Shown: positions 49,798-61,439 of the stretch, one piece after another
Layout: each line of letters opens with the position of its first letter
How positions within the stretch are numbered: the stretch's first letter is position 1
NCBI GenBank assembly: GCA_030295235.1
Contig: AP026136.1
Location: 1,240,001-1,304,000 of the forward strand
Reading direction: 5' to 3'
DNA: 64,000 nucleotides
Source of the DNA: Fistulifera solaris
Taxonomy: Eukaryota
Notes under the pieces: model-generated
Seen by the model: the letters and a program-made list of their open reading frames with translations, nothing else
Told to the model about the DNA's origin: nothing
The model's database searches: none
Translations under genes and position numbers: made by a program

Positions 49798-52700
49798 ATG
49801 ATACGGCAATGCTTACTGTCGTCACGTCATCCAAAAGCGAAAGCAAATCACCGTCGCATTCTTTCGAAACGACCGCTCGCGGCTTCTAGTAGTAATCACA
49901 ATCACAATCACAATCGTCACAAAGATAATTCGTCAGATGACAACCAAAGAAACACCTCAAATACAATCACAAATGATGGTGACGATAACAAGCAGAAAGA
50001 AATGAATCACATTATGAAAGCATTCTTTCAAAATCGTAACACCGCAACAAATACTTCCGACAAATCAAGTCATCGCCCTTTCCATCACAACAATAACAGA
50101 AATCACGATAACCGGAATAAACAAATTCAACAGCAGAATTGGCGGTCTTTGCTGCCCAAGCAACAGCAAAACAATCAGACGCCATCCTTGCAGAAGGATG
50201 CGACTCCTCCTTCCTTGACTCAAACGACAAACTCCAACAATACGAATGATTCGATACGGGCCTTTTTTCAAAGTACTTCGGCACGTAAGACGGCTTTGTC
50301 GCAGCCACAACAGCAGCCGCCGCATCAACCTTCTTCTTTGTCGAGCAGTCGAGGGAAATTTCCTTGGGATCTCAAGCCGTTACAAAGGCCGTCGACCGAC
50401 GCGACTACTCCTCGTACTGACTTTGCATCCGTCTTGAACAAATACAAGACGTCTCCTTTGAACATGGAAGAGCAAGCTGAGTCATCTGCTTCAGTCACCG
50501 TAACATTACCGCCAAATACGACGACGACATCGTTACCGAGACCCCCGCCGCGTTCCGGAGTCGGATTGGCGGCACCAGCAAACCCACAGCCGTTCACGTC
50601 GCCTCTCTCCGAGATGATTCGTAAGATGCAATTGGCTCAGCAGCAGAAGCAGCAACAACAACAGCAGGAAAGTGGAAATGCCAATACAATGAATCCTTTG
50701 GCGAATGAACCGCGTTGGAGGACCAGTCCGCTGCGTGCGTTGCGCCATTCGTCCCGATTGAACAATCAGCAGCACTCAAACAACGGCCATAGTAGCAGTG
50801 TCAGCAAGGCCAATGATTTTTTGAAAGCTGCCGACTCGGAACAAACACGACGACGCCGCCCACGCAAACGACAACCCATTCAAGTCGTACTGCCTTCCTA
50901 CAATTTGTCTATTACGGAAACATCTCTCTTGTTTCGACAACCCAAACGTCACATTGAGCGAATCTTGCGACAATTGGGTGTGGGGCAAGTTACCTCACTG
51001 GATCGTGAGCTACTGGAGTTGGTGGCGAGTGAATGTTCGCATTTGCAAGTTGTGGATCAACTGCAAGACAAGGATCATGATTCCGATGAGGATGAGGCAA
51101 TTCGAATGAGTTGGCCGGTGAGACCGCCAGTAGTCACCGTCATGGGACATGTCGATCATGGCAAGACAACTTTAATGGATGCTCTACGGCGGAGAGCACC
51201 CGGTAATAAGATGACGACGGGATCTTCGAAAAATAACAGCAGCAAGTCCGAAAAGAAGAAAGGAAAACCAGCCAATGTTGGAGATATCGCTGGTACGGAA
51301 GCAGGAGGTATCACTCAAGTCATTACTGCGTTTCAAGTAGCACTTGAAGGTTCAGATGCGGCGGTTACTTTTTTGGATACACCGGGGCACGCTGCGTTTC
51401 GGAATATGCGAGAATCGGGTTTGGAAGCCGCTGATGTTATTGTTCTAGTTGTCGCTGCCGAAGATGGACTGGCCGCACAATCTCTGGAGATACTCCGATT
51501 CTATAAGAGTCTTCTGGAACAAAATGTAGACATCTCCTTGGTGGTTGCTATGAACAAAATCGATCAACCAGGAATCAATCTTGAAGAATGTCAATATCGT
51601 TTAGAAAACCAACTTCTTCAAGAAGGCCTTTTGATTGAAGGAATGCCGCAGACCGATGGAGATTGCTTCGGGTCGCCAGTACCTCTGTATCCCATTTCGG
51701 CAAAAGAAGGGACTGGTTTAGATGATCTCATTGAAGGTTTAATTCTTCAAAGTGAAGTAATGGATCTTCGTTCTCCGACGGAAGAACCAGCCAATGGAAT
51801 CTTGCTTGATGCACGAATTGAGAAGGGGCTGGGGGTTGTAGTGGATGCTATTGTACGAAGTGGCAGTCTGAAGAAGGGCGATGTGGTAGTGAGCGGTGAG
51901 CACAAGGGACGAGTGCGAATGTTACAATCGACACAAGGCAACACACAGGTCAGTGAGGCGTCAGCGTCTCAACCCGTGCGTATCATGGGGTTTGACAGTT
52001 TGCCGACCGCCGGTGATCTATTCCGCGTCGTGGAATCCGAAGAAATCGCACAAGAAGTAATAGAAAAAGCTGCCGCGTTAAAGGATACTGCGGAAAATAA
52101 ATCAGCGGTGATAGCAGCTGTTGAAATACAAGGTTCCGGTAAGGACACACTGGATAAAAACTGGCAAAGCAATCTCAAAGAAAAGTATGATATCGAGGAG
52201 GCAGATTCTAGCATCATCCGTGTACCAATGGTGCTCAAAGCAAGTGCTGATGGCACTCTTATGGCACTGCAGGAAGCATTACACTCATTAATGGCGACTT
52301 CGCAATATAAACTGCGTCTCGATATAGTTCAAATGGCAGTGGGGCCTGTATCGGAGAACGACATGCAACTCGCTAATGAGAGTGGAGCCATGGTACTGGG
52401 TTTCGATGTGAAAGTTCCTTCGTTGAACGAAACAGAAGTTCCTGTCTTTCAGAGTAAAGTCATTTATACCTTGCTCGACAGCGTTCGTGATGCTATGGCT
52501 AAGCGCTACTTGCCACCTACAATGGTCGAACAAATTCACGGCAAAGCGGATGTACAAGCAGTGTTTTCTATAGGCGGTGTCAAAACTAAGGTCGCCGGGC
52601 TGCGCGTGCTTCAGGGACGGCTGCATCGCCAGAAAGTGAACGGGGTTGCGATCCAGTATCGTGTGTTGGGGAAAGACAAAACAGTTAAGGTTGCCAGTGG

Positions 52701-52851
52701 AAAAATAATTAGCTTGAAGCAATTCAAACAGGACGTAGACGAGGTTGGAAGTGGTCAAGAATGTGGCTTGGCATTGGAAGGATACGATCAATATGAAGAC
52801 GGCGACATTGTAGAGTGTTTTTCTGTCTCCTCAAAGTATGAATTCAGCTAA
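49798..52851 (+). CDS. IF2: Organellar translation initiation factor IF-2
   Basis: RPPVVTVMGHVDHGKTT, EAGGITQ, FLDTPGHAAF, NKID and GQECG motifs, with a long N/Q-rich N-terminus. Confidence 0.95.
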   Translation: MIRQCLLSSRHPKAKANHRRILSKRPLAASSSNHNHNHNRHKDNSSDDNQRNTSNTITNDGDDNKQKEMNHIMKAFFQNRNTATNTSDKSSHRPFHHNNNRNHDNRNKQIQQQNWRSLLPKQQQNNQTPSLQKDATPPSLTQTTNSNNTNDSIRAFFQSTSARKTALSQPQQQPPHQPSSLSSSRGKFPWDLKPLQRPSTDATTPRTDFASVLNKYKTSPLNMEEQAESSASVTVTLPPNTTTTSLPRPPPRSGVGLAAPANPQPFTSPLSEMIRKMQLAQQQKQQQQQQESGNANTMNPLANEPRWRTSPLRALRHSSRLNNQQHSNNGHSSSVSKANDFLKAADSEQTRRRRPRKRQPIQVVLPSYNLSITETSLLFRQPKRHIERILRQLGVGQVTSLDRELLELVASECSHLQVVDQLQDKDHDSDEDEAIRMSWPVRPPVVTVMGHVDHGKTTLMDALRRRAPGNKMTTGSSKNNSSKSEKKKGKPANVGDIAGTEAGGITQVITAFQVALEGSDAAVTFLDTPGHAAFRNMRESGLEAADVIVLVVAAEDGLAAQSLEILRFYKSLLEQNVDISLVVAMNKIDQPGINLEECQYRLENQLLQEGLLIEGMPQTDGDCFGSPVPLYPISAKEGTGLDDLIEGLILQSEVMDLRSPTEEPANGILLDARIEKGLGVVVDAIVRSGSLKKGDVVVSGEHKGRVRMLQSTQGNTQVSEASASQPVRIMGFDSLPTAGDLFRVVESEEIAQEVIEKAAALKDTAENKSAVIAAVEIQGSGKDTLDKNWQSNLKEKYDIEEADSSIIRVPMVLKASADGTLMALQEALHSLMATSQYKLRLDIVQMAVGPVSENDMQLANESGAMVLGFDVKVPSLNETEVPVFQSKVIYTLLDSVRDAMAKRYLPPTMVEQIHGKADVQAVFSIGGVKTKVAGLRVLQGRLHRQKVNGVAIQYRVLGKDKTVKVASGKIISLKQFKQDVDEVGSGQECGLALEGYDQYEDGDIVECFSVSSKYEFS

Positions 52852-52945
52852 GCTTAAAGACGTTAAAGGTTAAATAGCGGATGAATTCATTTTATTTTGA
52901 AAAAAATTGCAAAGCAGTTGACATAAATCTAGTGTTTTTCTTTAA

Positions 52946-54495
52946 TTAAGATTCTTCATCGGAGGATGTATCGGCGACAGTGTTGCTCGATTTAAAGACA
53001 GAGATGAGAGAACGAACCTCGGCAACACTTGCCGATCCATTTCCGAGATCCAAAGCAGCAAACAATGCGTTGAAGTCTCCATCTGACATGGTTCCCATTT
53101 TGCCGGAGTCTACAATGTTTTTTAGCTGTGCCCGACTAATTAGTTCACCGTACTGAGAGAGTTCGTCCTTCATTCCGGCCACCGAAAGTTGGTTGGCGGA
53201 CTTTCCAATAGTGATTCCTTGAGCCACACGTCGTGCGAAATCCTTTCGTGATCCTTCTTTAGCCGATTTCATTGCGTACATGTGATACGCGGCAAATGCG
53301 ATGAAAAGGGCTCCAACAGCGATGGCAAACATGCCTACAGCAAAGCCCGCACTCTTTTCGTCGCTGCTCTCCGATATCTGTTCTTTAACTGGCTCACTCT
53401 CTCCAGAAGGGGCACTCGCTGGCTGATCAACGGGCGACTCAGCCGGCTCGTCGTCGGGGGTTTCACCTTCAACCAAGACCTTGTAGATAGGAGAGGAGTC
53501 TACGATAGTTTCGCAGTTGTCGCATGTACGGCATCGGTGAATGATTTCACGTCCGAGCAACATTTGGGAGGACGAGATGTGGAGAGCCTTCGTAGGACGC
53601 AACTGTGGCGTGATTGCATGTCTCAGTGTCTACGTAGCAAAGGATCAATTTCAGCAATCGGTCCATTTGAGTTGTAGAAATCATCATTGGAGCATCGAGC
53701 AAGTTCCAGTTGACGGCTTCCGTGCAGGGAGGGGTAGTGAGACCTCCCTTGTATGTGTACACGCCGAAGTCCTGGTTCGTGGGAAGATCGTAAACGTTCA
53801 CGGCAGAGGTAGCATCCACCATGGCGAGCTCTTCAACAGCACCTGATCCTACGGCCGGGCAAGTGATTTTTTGTTGAACGGCAACAAAGTCGTCTTGCAA
53901 ACGACGTCCTTCGGGTACTGCGCACGTTGTTTCAGCGGCGTTAGCCACCTTCTCCCAGCCACGAAGGAAGTTCTCAAAAGGGCATGATCGGCGACGTCAG
54001 CCCCAGAAGAGATCATCGTTCCGAATACGGCGAAGGACTCGCCGGTCGACTCTGGTGAACAACATGAAGCTCGGCTTCGTAGTAGGCTCCTTCGATAGTG
54101 TGTTCCGAAGAGGCATGAACATGAAACTGAAGAGCGTTGAACTCGTTGGGAGTGTGAGGGATCTTCATCGTACCGAAAGAGCAGTTATCACCCTTGACGA
54201 CTTCAACACCGTTCTTGGTGATGCCGTACTTGAGGTCTTCCCAGGTGCAGTCTCCTCCAGTGAAAGTGTACGCACTCATGTCAGTATCGCATTGTTCCTT
54301 GTTGTAGATAGGCACGGGGGATTGCCCATACCCGCTCGTCATGTAGGTGCTTCCGCACTGATTATCTTCGGTATCGACAAAGGCCCAATGATTGGGGCCG
54401 AAACCGCTTTCTTCGAAGTAAGTGTAGAATCCTTGGGCGGCGTTAGAGTGCTTTGCGGCGATAGCCGCAAGGAGAACCGAGAACTGAAGCTTCAT
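52946..54495 (-). CDS. Alpha-carbonic anhydrase with signal peptide, TM helix and EF-hand-like cytosolic tail
   Basis: QSPV, QFHVHASSEH, ELHVVH and GGLTTPPCTE motifs. TM segment FAVGMFAIAVGALFIAFAAY, then DFNALFAALDLGNGSASVAEV. Indels near 54050, 53978 and 53565-53586. Confidence 0.85.
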
Positions 54496-56161
54496 GGTGA
54501 GAAATGAAGAGGAAGGTGAGAGAATAATATTGATGCTGCGAGTAGCAACGACTTGGAGAAAAAAAATGTGCGCCGAATTGCGGATGCACAAGGTAGGGGA
54601 GTTGCGTGAATGCATATGTATGTCGTATCTTGGTCAGTGTGACATAATAAGTAGACCTGCAAGAGACCTCGCGGACTTGATGACGTCTGAGGTTGAATTT
54701 CGTGGCCGTACGTCAGCCACATGTATCGCCATGAATTTTCGGTTTCTTTACAAATTAAGTCTATACCAAACTAGGAAGATGATACTGACGTCGTGACGTT
54801 TCAACTTGAATTTCGGATTGAAGTTTTGCAGCCAATCGGTGTTTAGTGACGTGTTACGATATCTACCAGCAAGCTGTCCATCTTTATCTACGTGAGTTCC
54901 ACGAAGTTGAAAATGCATGGCGATACATGTGGCTGACGTACGGCCACGAAATTCAACCTCAGACGTCATCAAGTCCGCGAGGTCTCTTGCAGGTCTACTT
55001 ATTATGTCACACTGACCAAGATACGACATACATATGCATTCACGCAACTCCCCTACCTTGTGCATCCGCAATTCGGCGCACATTTTTTTCTCCAAGTCGT
55101 TGCTACTCGCAGCATCAATATTATTCTCTCACCTTCCTCTTCATTTCTCACCATGAAGCTTCAGTTCTCGGCCCTCCTTGCGGCTATCGCCGCAAAGCAC
55201 TCTAACGCCGCCCAAGGATTCTACACTTACTTCGAAGAAAGCGGTTTCGGCCCCAATCATTGGGCCTTTGTCGATACCGAAGATAATCAGTGCGGAAGCA
55301 CCTACATGACGAGCGGGTATGGGCAATCCCCCGTGCCTATCTACAACAAGGAACAATGCGATACTGACATGAGTGCGTACACTTTCACTGGAGGAGACTG
55401 CACCTGGGAAGACCTCAAGTACGGCATCACCAAGAACGGTGTTGAAGTCGTCAAGGGTGATAACTGCTCTTTCGGTACGATGAAGATCCCTCACACTCCC
55501 AACGAGTTCAACGCTCTTCAGTTTCATGTTCATGCCTCTTCGGAACACACTATCGAAGGAGCCTACTACGAAGCCGAGCTTCATGTTGTTCACCAGAGTC
55601 GACCGGCGAGTCCTTCGCCGTATTCGGAACGATGATCTCTTCTGGGGCTGACGTCGCCGATCATGCCCTTTTGAGAACTTCCTTCGTGGCTGGGAGAAGG
55701 TGGCTAACGCCGCTGAAACAACGTGCGCAGTACCCGAAGGACGTCGTTTGCAAGACGACTTTGTTGCCGTTCAACAAAAAATCACTTGCCCGGCCGTAGG
55801 ATCAGGTGCTGTTGAAGAGCTCGCCATGGTGGATGCTACCTCTGCCGTGAACGTTTACGATCTTCCCACGAACCAGGACTTCGGCGTGTACACATACAAG
55901 GGAGGTCTCACTACCCCTCCCTGCACGGAAGCCGTCAACTGGAACTTGCTCGATGCTCCAATGATGATTTCTACAACTCAAATGGACCGATTGCTGAAAT
56001 TGATCCTTTGCTACGTAGACACTGAGACATGCAATCACGCCACAGTTGCGTCCTACGAAGGCTCCACATCTCGTCCTCCCAAATGTTGCTCGGACGTGAA
56101 ATCATTCACCGATGCCGTACATGCGACAACTGCGAAACTATCGTAGACTCTTCTCCCATCT
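53485..56161. repeat. Long inverted repeat: ~1.25-kb arms (53485-54740 and 54909-56161) with a 168-bp spacer
   Basis: The mirror-image ORFs are near-identical, and only a few differences were seen by eye. Confidence 0.95.
54681..54968. promoter_or_regulatory. Seven CCRE-like TGACGT/ACGTCA elements in the bidirectional CA promoter
   Basis: Sites at 54681, 54710, 54786, 54794, 54847, 54934 and 54963. Confidence 0.7.
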
Positions 56162-56175
56162 GGGTCCTAGCCTAA
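55153..56175 (+). CDS. Alpha-carbonic anhydrase, inverted copy lacking the TM/EF-hand tail (predicted soluble, secreted)
   Basis: Same catalytic domain as the left copy. With indels near 55597, 55670 and 56079 corrected it ends ...IVDSSPIWVLA* (TAA 56173-56175). Confidence 0.75.
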
Positions 56176-56476
56176 AGTTCTTATTGTGAATACCTATAGA
56201 AAATAGCTTAAATATTTTCATACAGCTCTCTCTTCGTATTTAAGCTCTAGTAAGGCATGCTTGGCGGTTTGCTTTCCTCGGAAGATGTTGGTCGTTACGC
56301 TTGAAATGGTTTTGAATACCATTAGTCTACGTGTTTCGGTGGAAGCCCATGAACGATGCTTTATCATGACTCCTGCATTCCAACTTCGAGGTCTTTTCAT
56401 GTAAGTTCTAATCAAATACGTTCCTGTTGACGTTGCTATTAGATATATCTCTTTGTTTACATATTTCATACTATCT

Positions 56477-58064
56477 CTACACGTAATCGCGTTCTTTCTC
56501 TGAATGCATCTTTCCTGGCGGCTCATTACGGATGTGCCTGCTTGCTAGCTCACATACAACAGCTCCTGTCAGTGGCTTCTTTAGGGCCTCGCTGCTCATC
56601 GACGATAACTCTTCCAGGGTGACGTAACGATCGATTTTTGGCCTTATATATCGCGAGGAAAGCATTTCCCACAAGTACATCATATCAGCCCTTACTTGGT
56701 CACCGTTAACGCGAACATGCTCCGCAAAAATCAAGCAAGGTCGCTCTTTTCATCTTAGATATTTGCAGTTGTTCGACCATTGAACTGATTCCTTGAGCTT
56801 CGTCCTGCGGTTTGGATACACAAACTAGGCGACCGTGCTTAGCTAAAGCTTTTCGAAGCGCTTTGAATTTATTAGGAAAGCAATAATCCACCACAATGTC
56901 AATCGATCCCTCTACGACCCATCCCCAATCATCTAGCATATGTACTTGTTGATCCTTCATTTCGCCTTTTCCGTGTACAAAGATTTCCTCCACACCCGCC
57001 AGTTTCGCCATGCGTATTAGTGCTCGTGACTCTACAGTCAGTCCTCCTGTTATTAATAGCCTTCTCCCCGTCAGGCAGGTGATACTGTAGCAATAGGGAC
57101 GTGCTCTACCGTGATGCAAGGCCGTGAAGGCAGGCAGGTAAGCTGACATCAGACTTGCTACATCGGACGAATCCACTTGATCAGGCACGGGCCACAATCG
57201 ATCCGATGGAATGGATACAAGTTGCGAATTCATTGTCCACTTGGCAATTGCTGCAACACGTGTGCCTACCTCCAAGCCGTACTGCTCTGCTATCGCTGCA
57301 TCACATTGCCGAATGACACCGACAAAATTGGTGCCATACTTTTCACTAGACGATAATTCCGAAAATGAGTCATCAAACGAAGTGAACGCCGTAGCTTCGA
57401 CGGCCACAATAACATCATGATTTGCCGCTATCGTATCTTCCCGCTCCCCGTCTAAATTGCCAAAGAAGGAGCTCCAATCGCAAAACACGCTCGTGCAATC
57501 GTGAGGTTGCGATAGCTCTTGTGTCGGTGCTACATTTTCAAGGACTTCTGGTTCTGGTACAAAATCGTCTGAAAGAACTCCTCGTACGTCTTGTCGTTGT
57601 TCATCTGACTTTGTTTCTTCTTTTCGTTCTATAATGCCGTCATCCTGCTGTTGTTGGCTTTGTTCACGTAGATCTTGTTCCAAATCACAGAGAAAAGAGC
57701 CCCAATCACACATCATGTTTGTGCAGTAATGCGTGTTTGCAAAATCTTCGTCCACGACATTTTCTTCCCCAAACTCTACCGATGAGAGGGAGTCTACATC
57801 GTCGTCGTCGTCGTCGTCGTCGTCCTCTTCCTCTTCCGACGATGACGAGACAGAGGAGGATGACGAGGAGGAGTATGTCGTTTCACTGTCTGCTCGCGCA
57901 CGGTATCGATAGCGCGATGACGATGACTGTATTGATACTCGTCGGTGCTTGACATTATCTCGCCCGTCGTAAGAACTGGATCGATCAAAGGATGAATAGT
58001 TTTCTTCTCCGTAGTTTCTCCCTTCTTTGTTTCTGAGCGTGTAATGATTCTGTCGTGACAGCAT
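56477..58064 (-). CDS. MDR/quinone-reductase-like protein with long acidic N-terminus
   Basis: GTNFVGVI, VGTRVAA, YLPAFTALH, LLITGG and IDIVVD motifs. Indel near 56730. Confidence 0.7.
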
Positions 58065-58533
58065 TTTTGCGGGTTATTGCGTAATACTCGTTCTTGCTAT
58101 CGTACCAAGCGATTGATACTTCCCTGCTTTGAAATCAAAAGGATATACTTCGTTGGTCGACGCTTGTTGGTGATTCTTTATATGTCTTGCTCGAACGTTG
58201 AGTCTTCTTCGTTATGATGGTGGAGTTTCAAATTTTGAACGTTCCAACGGACGAATTTCGTGGTGGCGTTCGGACACGCAACTCTGCATTTAATTTATAT
58301 GCGAAACGTGAAGATCTTTTAACTTTAACCTTAAATCGATTTACCCTTTCGAATCTTATTGCGACACGATACTACGTACTACACGTACCAAGCACCAAAT
58401 CGCCCGATCGAAAAAGATGACGACAATGGAGTACAAGTAATAATTGAAATCTTGCTTCATTCGTATTTGTTGATGCGCTATAACTCGCAGCCAGTTCTCT
58501 CTCAATACAATAAAGCGCGCAGAGCTAAACAGC

Positions 58534-59484
58534 ATGGCAGTTTATTACCAACAAAAGTTTCTAGACGTGTTGAAACTGATTCACAAATTAGAACCATCAC
58601 CCGGTTTTTCGCAAGCTCTTGGAACAACCTTTCATGATTTGGCTTCTTCTTCTTCGTCATCATCATCGTCGTCGTCGTTGTCTTCCATACAAGTCGAAGA
58701 CAAAGGATCGATAGTACGCGTAGAGCTACCCGTTTCCGGCGCCTTGTACGTAAAAAGTAAATCAATTACGCTTTCGACTTACATCGCGATTATGGATGAT
58801 TTGAAGACTTATTCTCTCATGACAGTCGATGGAGGGCGTCCTGGTGTTTCTGTATCTATGAATATGGAAGCAACGGGCCTGTCGTTATCATCCGTTCAAC
58901 GACTGGCGATTACGGCACGGACCCGTAAAGTAGGACGGAATTTAGGCTTCACATCCGCCGAAATCCGAGATGCGGCAACGAATCGCATGATCTGTCACGG
59001 TTCACACATCAAATTCTTGCCCATGGGATTTCTAAGCGATTATTTATTACAGTACGGATGGCCAATCATTCAATGGTGGTATGGATTGCCGCACTTTCAG
59101 CCGCCTGTGTCACAAAAGGAACGCCCTTCCCTGCACGAAGTCATGTCGACCTTTGATTCCAACACCGGATCCTTTCGTGTCAAGCCTCATCATGCCAGTT
59201 TAGGAGGCCCCATTCATGGAGGCTGCCAAGCTGTTTTGATGGAAATGGCAGCGTCTACAGTGGCCGAATCAGCATTGCCGGGATGTTACTTGCAAAGTAT
59301 TTCCGTTGAATATCTGGCCAAACCATCATGTCCGCTTGTCGATACTCAAGTACGAGTGGTGCATCAGGAATCCAATTTCTTGACGTTAGAGGTTCTGCTG
59401 CTATGTAAAGGCAAAATAAAAGCGGAAGGAATACTCAAGTACATGAAGATGGATACGTCTTCGAAATTACAACGGTCCGGTTGA
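58534..59484 (+). CDS. Double hotdog-fold acyl-CoA thioesterase
   Basis: RPGVSVSM, KVGRNLGF, PIHGGCQAVLME and SVEYL motifs. Confidence 0.8.
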   Translation: MAVYYQQKFLDVLKLIHKLEPSPGFSQALGTTFHDLASSSSSSSSSSSLSSIQVEDKGSIVRVELPVSGALYVKSKSITLSTYIAIMDDLKTYSLMTVDGGRPGVSVSMNMEATGLSLSSVQRLAITARTRKVGRNLGFTSAEIRDAATNRMICHGSHIKFLPMGFLSDYLLQYGWPIIQWWYGLPHFQPPVSQKERPSLHEVMSTFDSNTGSFRVKPHHASLGGPIHGGCQAVLMEMAASTVAESALPGCYLQSISVEYLAKPSCPLVDTQVRVVHQESNFLTLEVLLLCKGKIKAEGILKYMKMDTSSKLQRSG

Positions 59485-59573
59485 TAAACATTGTATAGAA
59501 ATAACATCAAATGAATGTCTTGTAAAATCACGTACAAAGTCTATGTCTGAAAGGAATCTTACTTCGATTAGGA

Positions 59574-61133
59574 TTAGGATTGGTAGCGATCGGCACAATA
59601 TTGTCGACAATACGACGGTAGCTTGCGACTCAGTGTGTTTTTATCTTCTACTGAAAACTGCCCTTCCGGCAACGGGATGATTTCAACTTCATTGTTGGGA
59701 CATTCCAAACTAATTCGATTATAGAATTCGCCTTCTCGATACAAATCGGCCGTGACTCTGTCGCAGTCATCACAATACCACCACTTCTCTTCACCAAAAG
59801 GAAAAGGGATACAACTGATGTAGCGACATCCAGGACACGGCCCCGCTTGTTCCATGTCCATATTTGCCAACAATCCCGTCGTTACAATAATCATGACGAG
59901 CGACACAATCAATCCCAAAAAGCGAACAATCAAGCGCTGTGTTTGTTTCATCTTGGAAGCGTCAACTCCAAAGAAATTGACTTTGAGGGGCTCAATGATA
60001 GACCAACCACACGCCAAACCGTATACCAAACCACCCAAATGAGAAAAATTGTCCACATAAGGCTGTAGTATAGAAAGAAACGTTTTTTTGTGAGTTCAGC
60101 CTGTTTAGACAGCATCACAAGAGTCGGGACACCCTGAACCACGTACCGTAAAGCCAATCAGTGCATTCACGACAATATCCACCACCAACCATATCAAGGC
60201 TCGTACATGTTGCCGCTTCGAAGTTTCATCATTCTGTTCCGTAGTTATGAATAGCAAAGGCCAATTCATGGTTATATCGGCAACACACCCTCCGATCAAA
60301 CCAAAGATCCCACCCGACGCTCCGACACTGACGTATTGCGGTAAGAAAATGGCACTTAAAATATTCCCACCGACACCCGGAATCAAGAAGAGTAATACTG
60401 TGTAAAGAGCACCGTGACTTTCTTCAAACGCGCCTCCAATGAACCAAAGTGCCGCCATATTGACGGCATAATGGATCAAGCCGGCATGCAGCACGAGAGG
60501 CGTGAAAAGACGAAACCATTGTCCTTCAACCACAATTTTGGACGTTTCTCGTGCTCCAGCACGAACGAGAGCTTCCGCGGAAGGTCCTATCAAAGGGTTA
60601 ATACTCAGCGGTTCTACTTTCCAGTCATTGAGTCCAAATTCGACGACCATCATAATCGCACACACCGCAATCAAAGCCCACGTAAAGTACGGTCGTACAA
60701 CTTGCGGACGCGCCTCGACGTAATCACTCCACGCCAGATAGGGCGCTTGATGTTGTCGTCGCCATGCGGCATCTTGCGCCCATTCTAAATCCGTGCGAGT
60801 TTGTGCTAAATGATGATAGAGACCGAAAATGCCTCCCGTAACTTGCGAATCGCCATATTTCTGACGACGCTTTTGTTGTGCTAAACGAAAATCAAGGACA
60901 CGGCGTTCTAATTCGGGATCAACAAAGTGAGCTGATGCCGTACTTTCTTGTGATAACACTTGAATGAGATCTTGTAGTGAATAGGAGCGAGGAGGTTCGA
61001 GAGAATCATCATCCCCATGACTTGAAACAGTCGTCATTCTCAGGTGTTCTCGTCTGATAGAATGGTTGTTGTGCGTATTATAGTGTTCTTCTTGCCATTC
61101 ATTTATGCTACGAGAATACAGATAGTTCGGCAT
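59574..61133 (-). CDS. Rhomboid intramembrane serine protease
   Basis: QWFRL, HAGLIHYAVNM, catalytic GASG and DNFSHLGG. Intron at 60063-60146; Cys-rich C-terminus. Confidence 0.93.
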
Positions 61134-61439
61134 GATCCAGAGCGAGAGGCTTTCCAGTGATCATTCGCCGGCAAACCTTTTCTCTAGGAAAATACAAAAT
61201 AAAAAAAAATGATATGATGTGACAGACGCAGAGATGATGCACCGCGCAAAACGCAACCGTTGGATTGAGATTTTGCTGCGGACGCTACGATGTTCGGTGT
61301 TTAAGTACCAAACGTGTTATGGTACATCATGTCGTAGAGTGAATATTCGGTAAATTCCTACGGACGGCAACCTTTATCGTTTGTGTTGTATTGCATCATC
61401 ATCATCATCTCATCCACTGAAGGAATCATCATCGTTTAT

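Noticed and set aside
57799..57823. (TCG)n repeat
   Set aside because: Ordinary poly-Asp tract inside a CDS.
1730..58064. Programmed ribosomal frameshifting or an alternative genetic code
   Set aside because: The shifts go in both directions, share no slippery motif and sit in homopolymers, and long ORFs read normally with the standard code.
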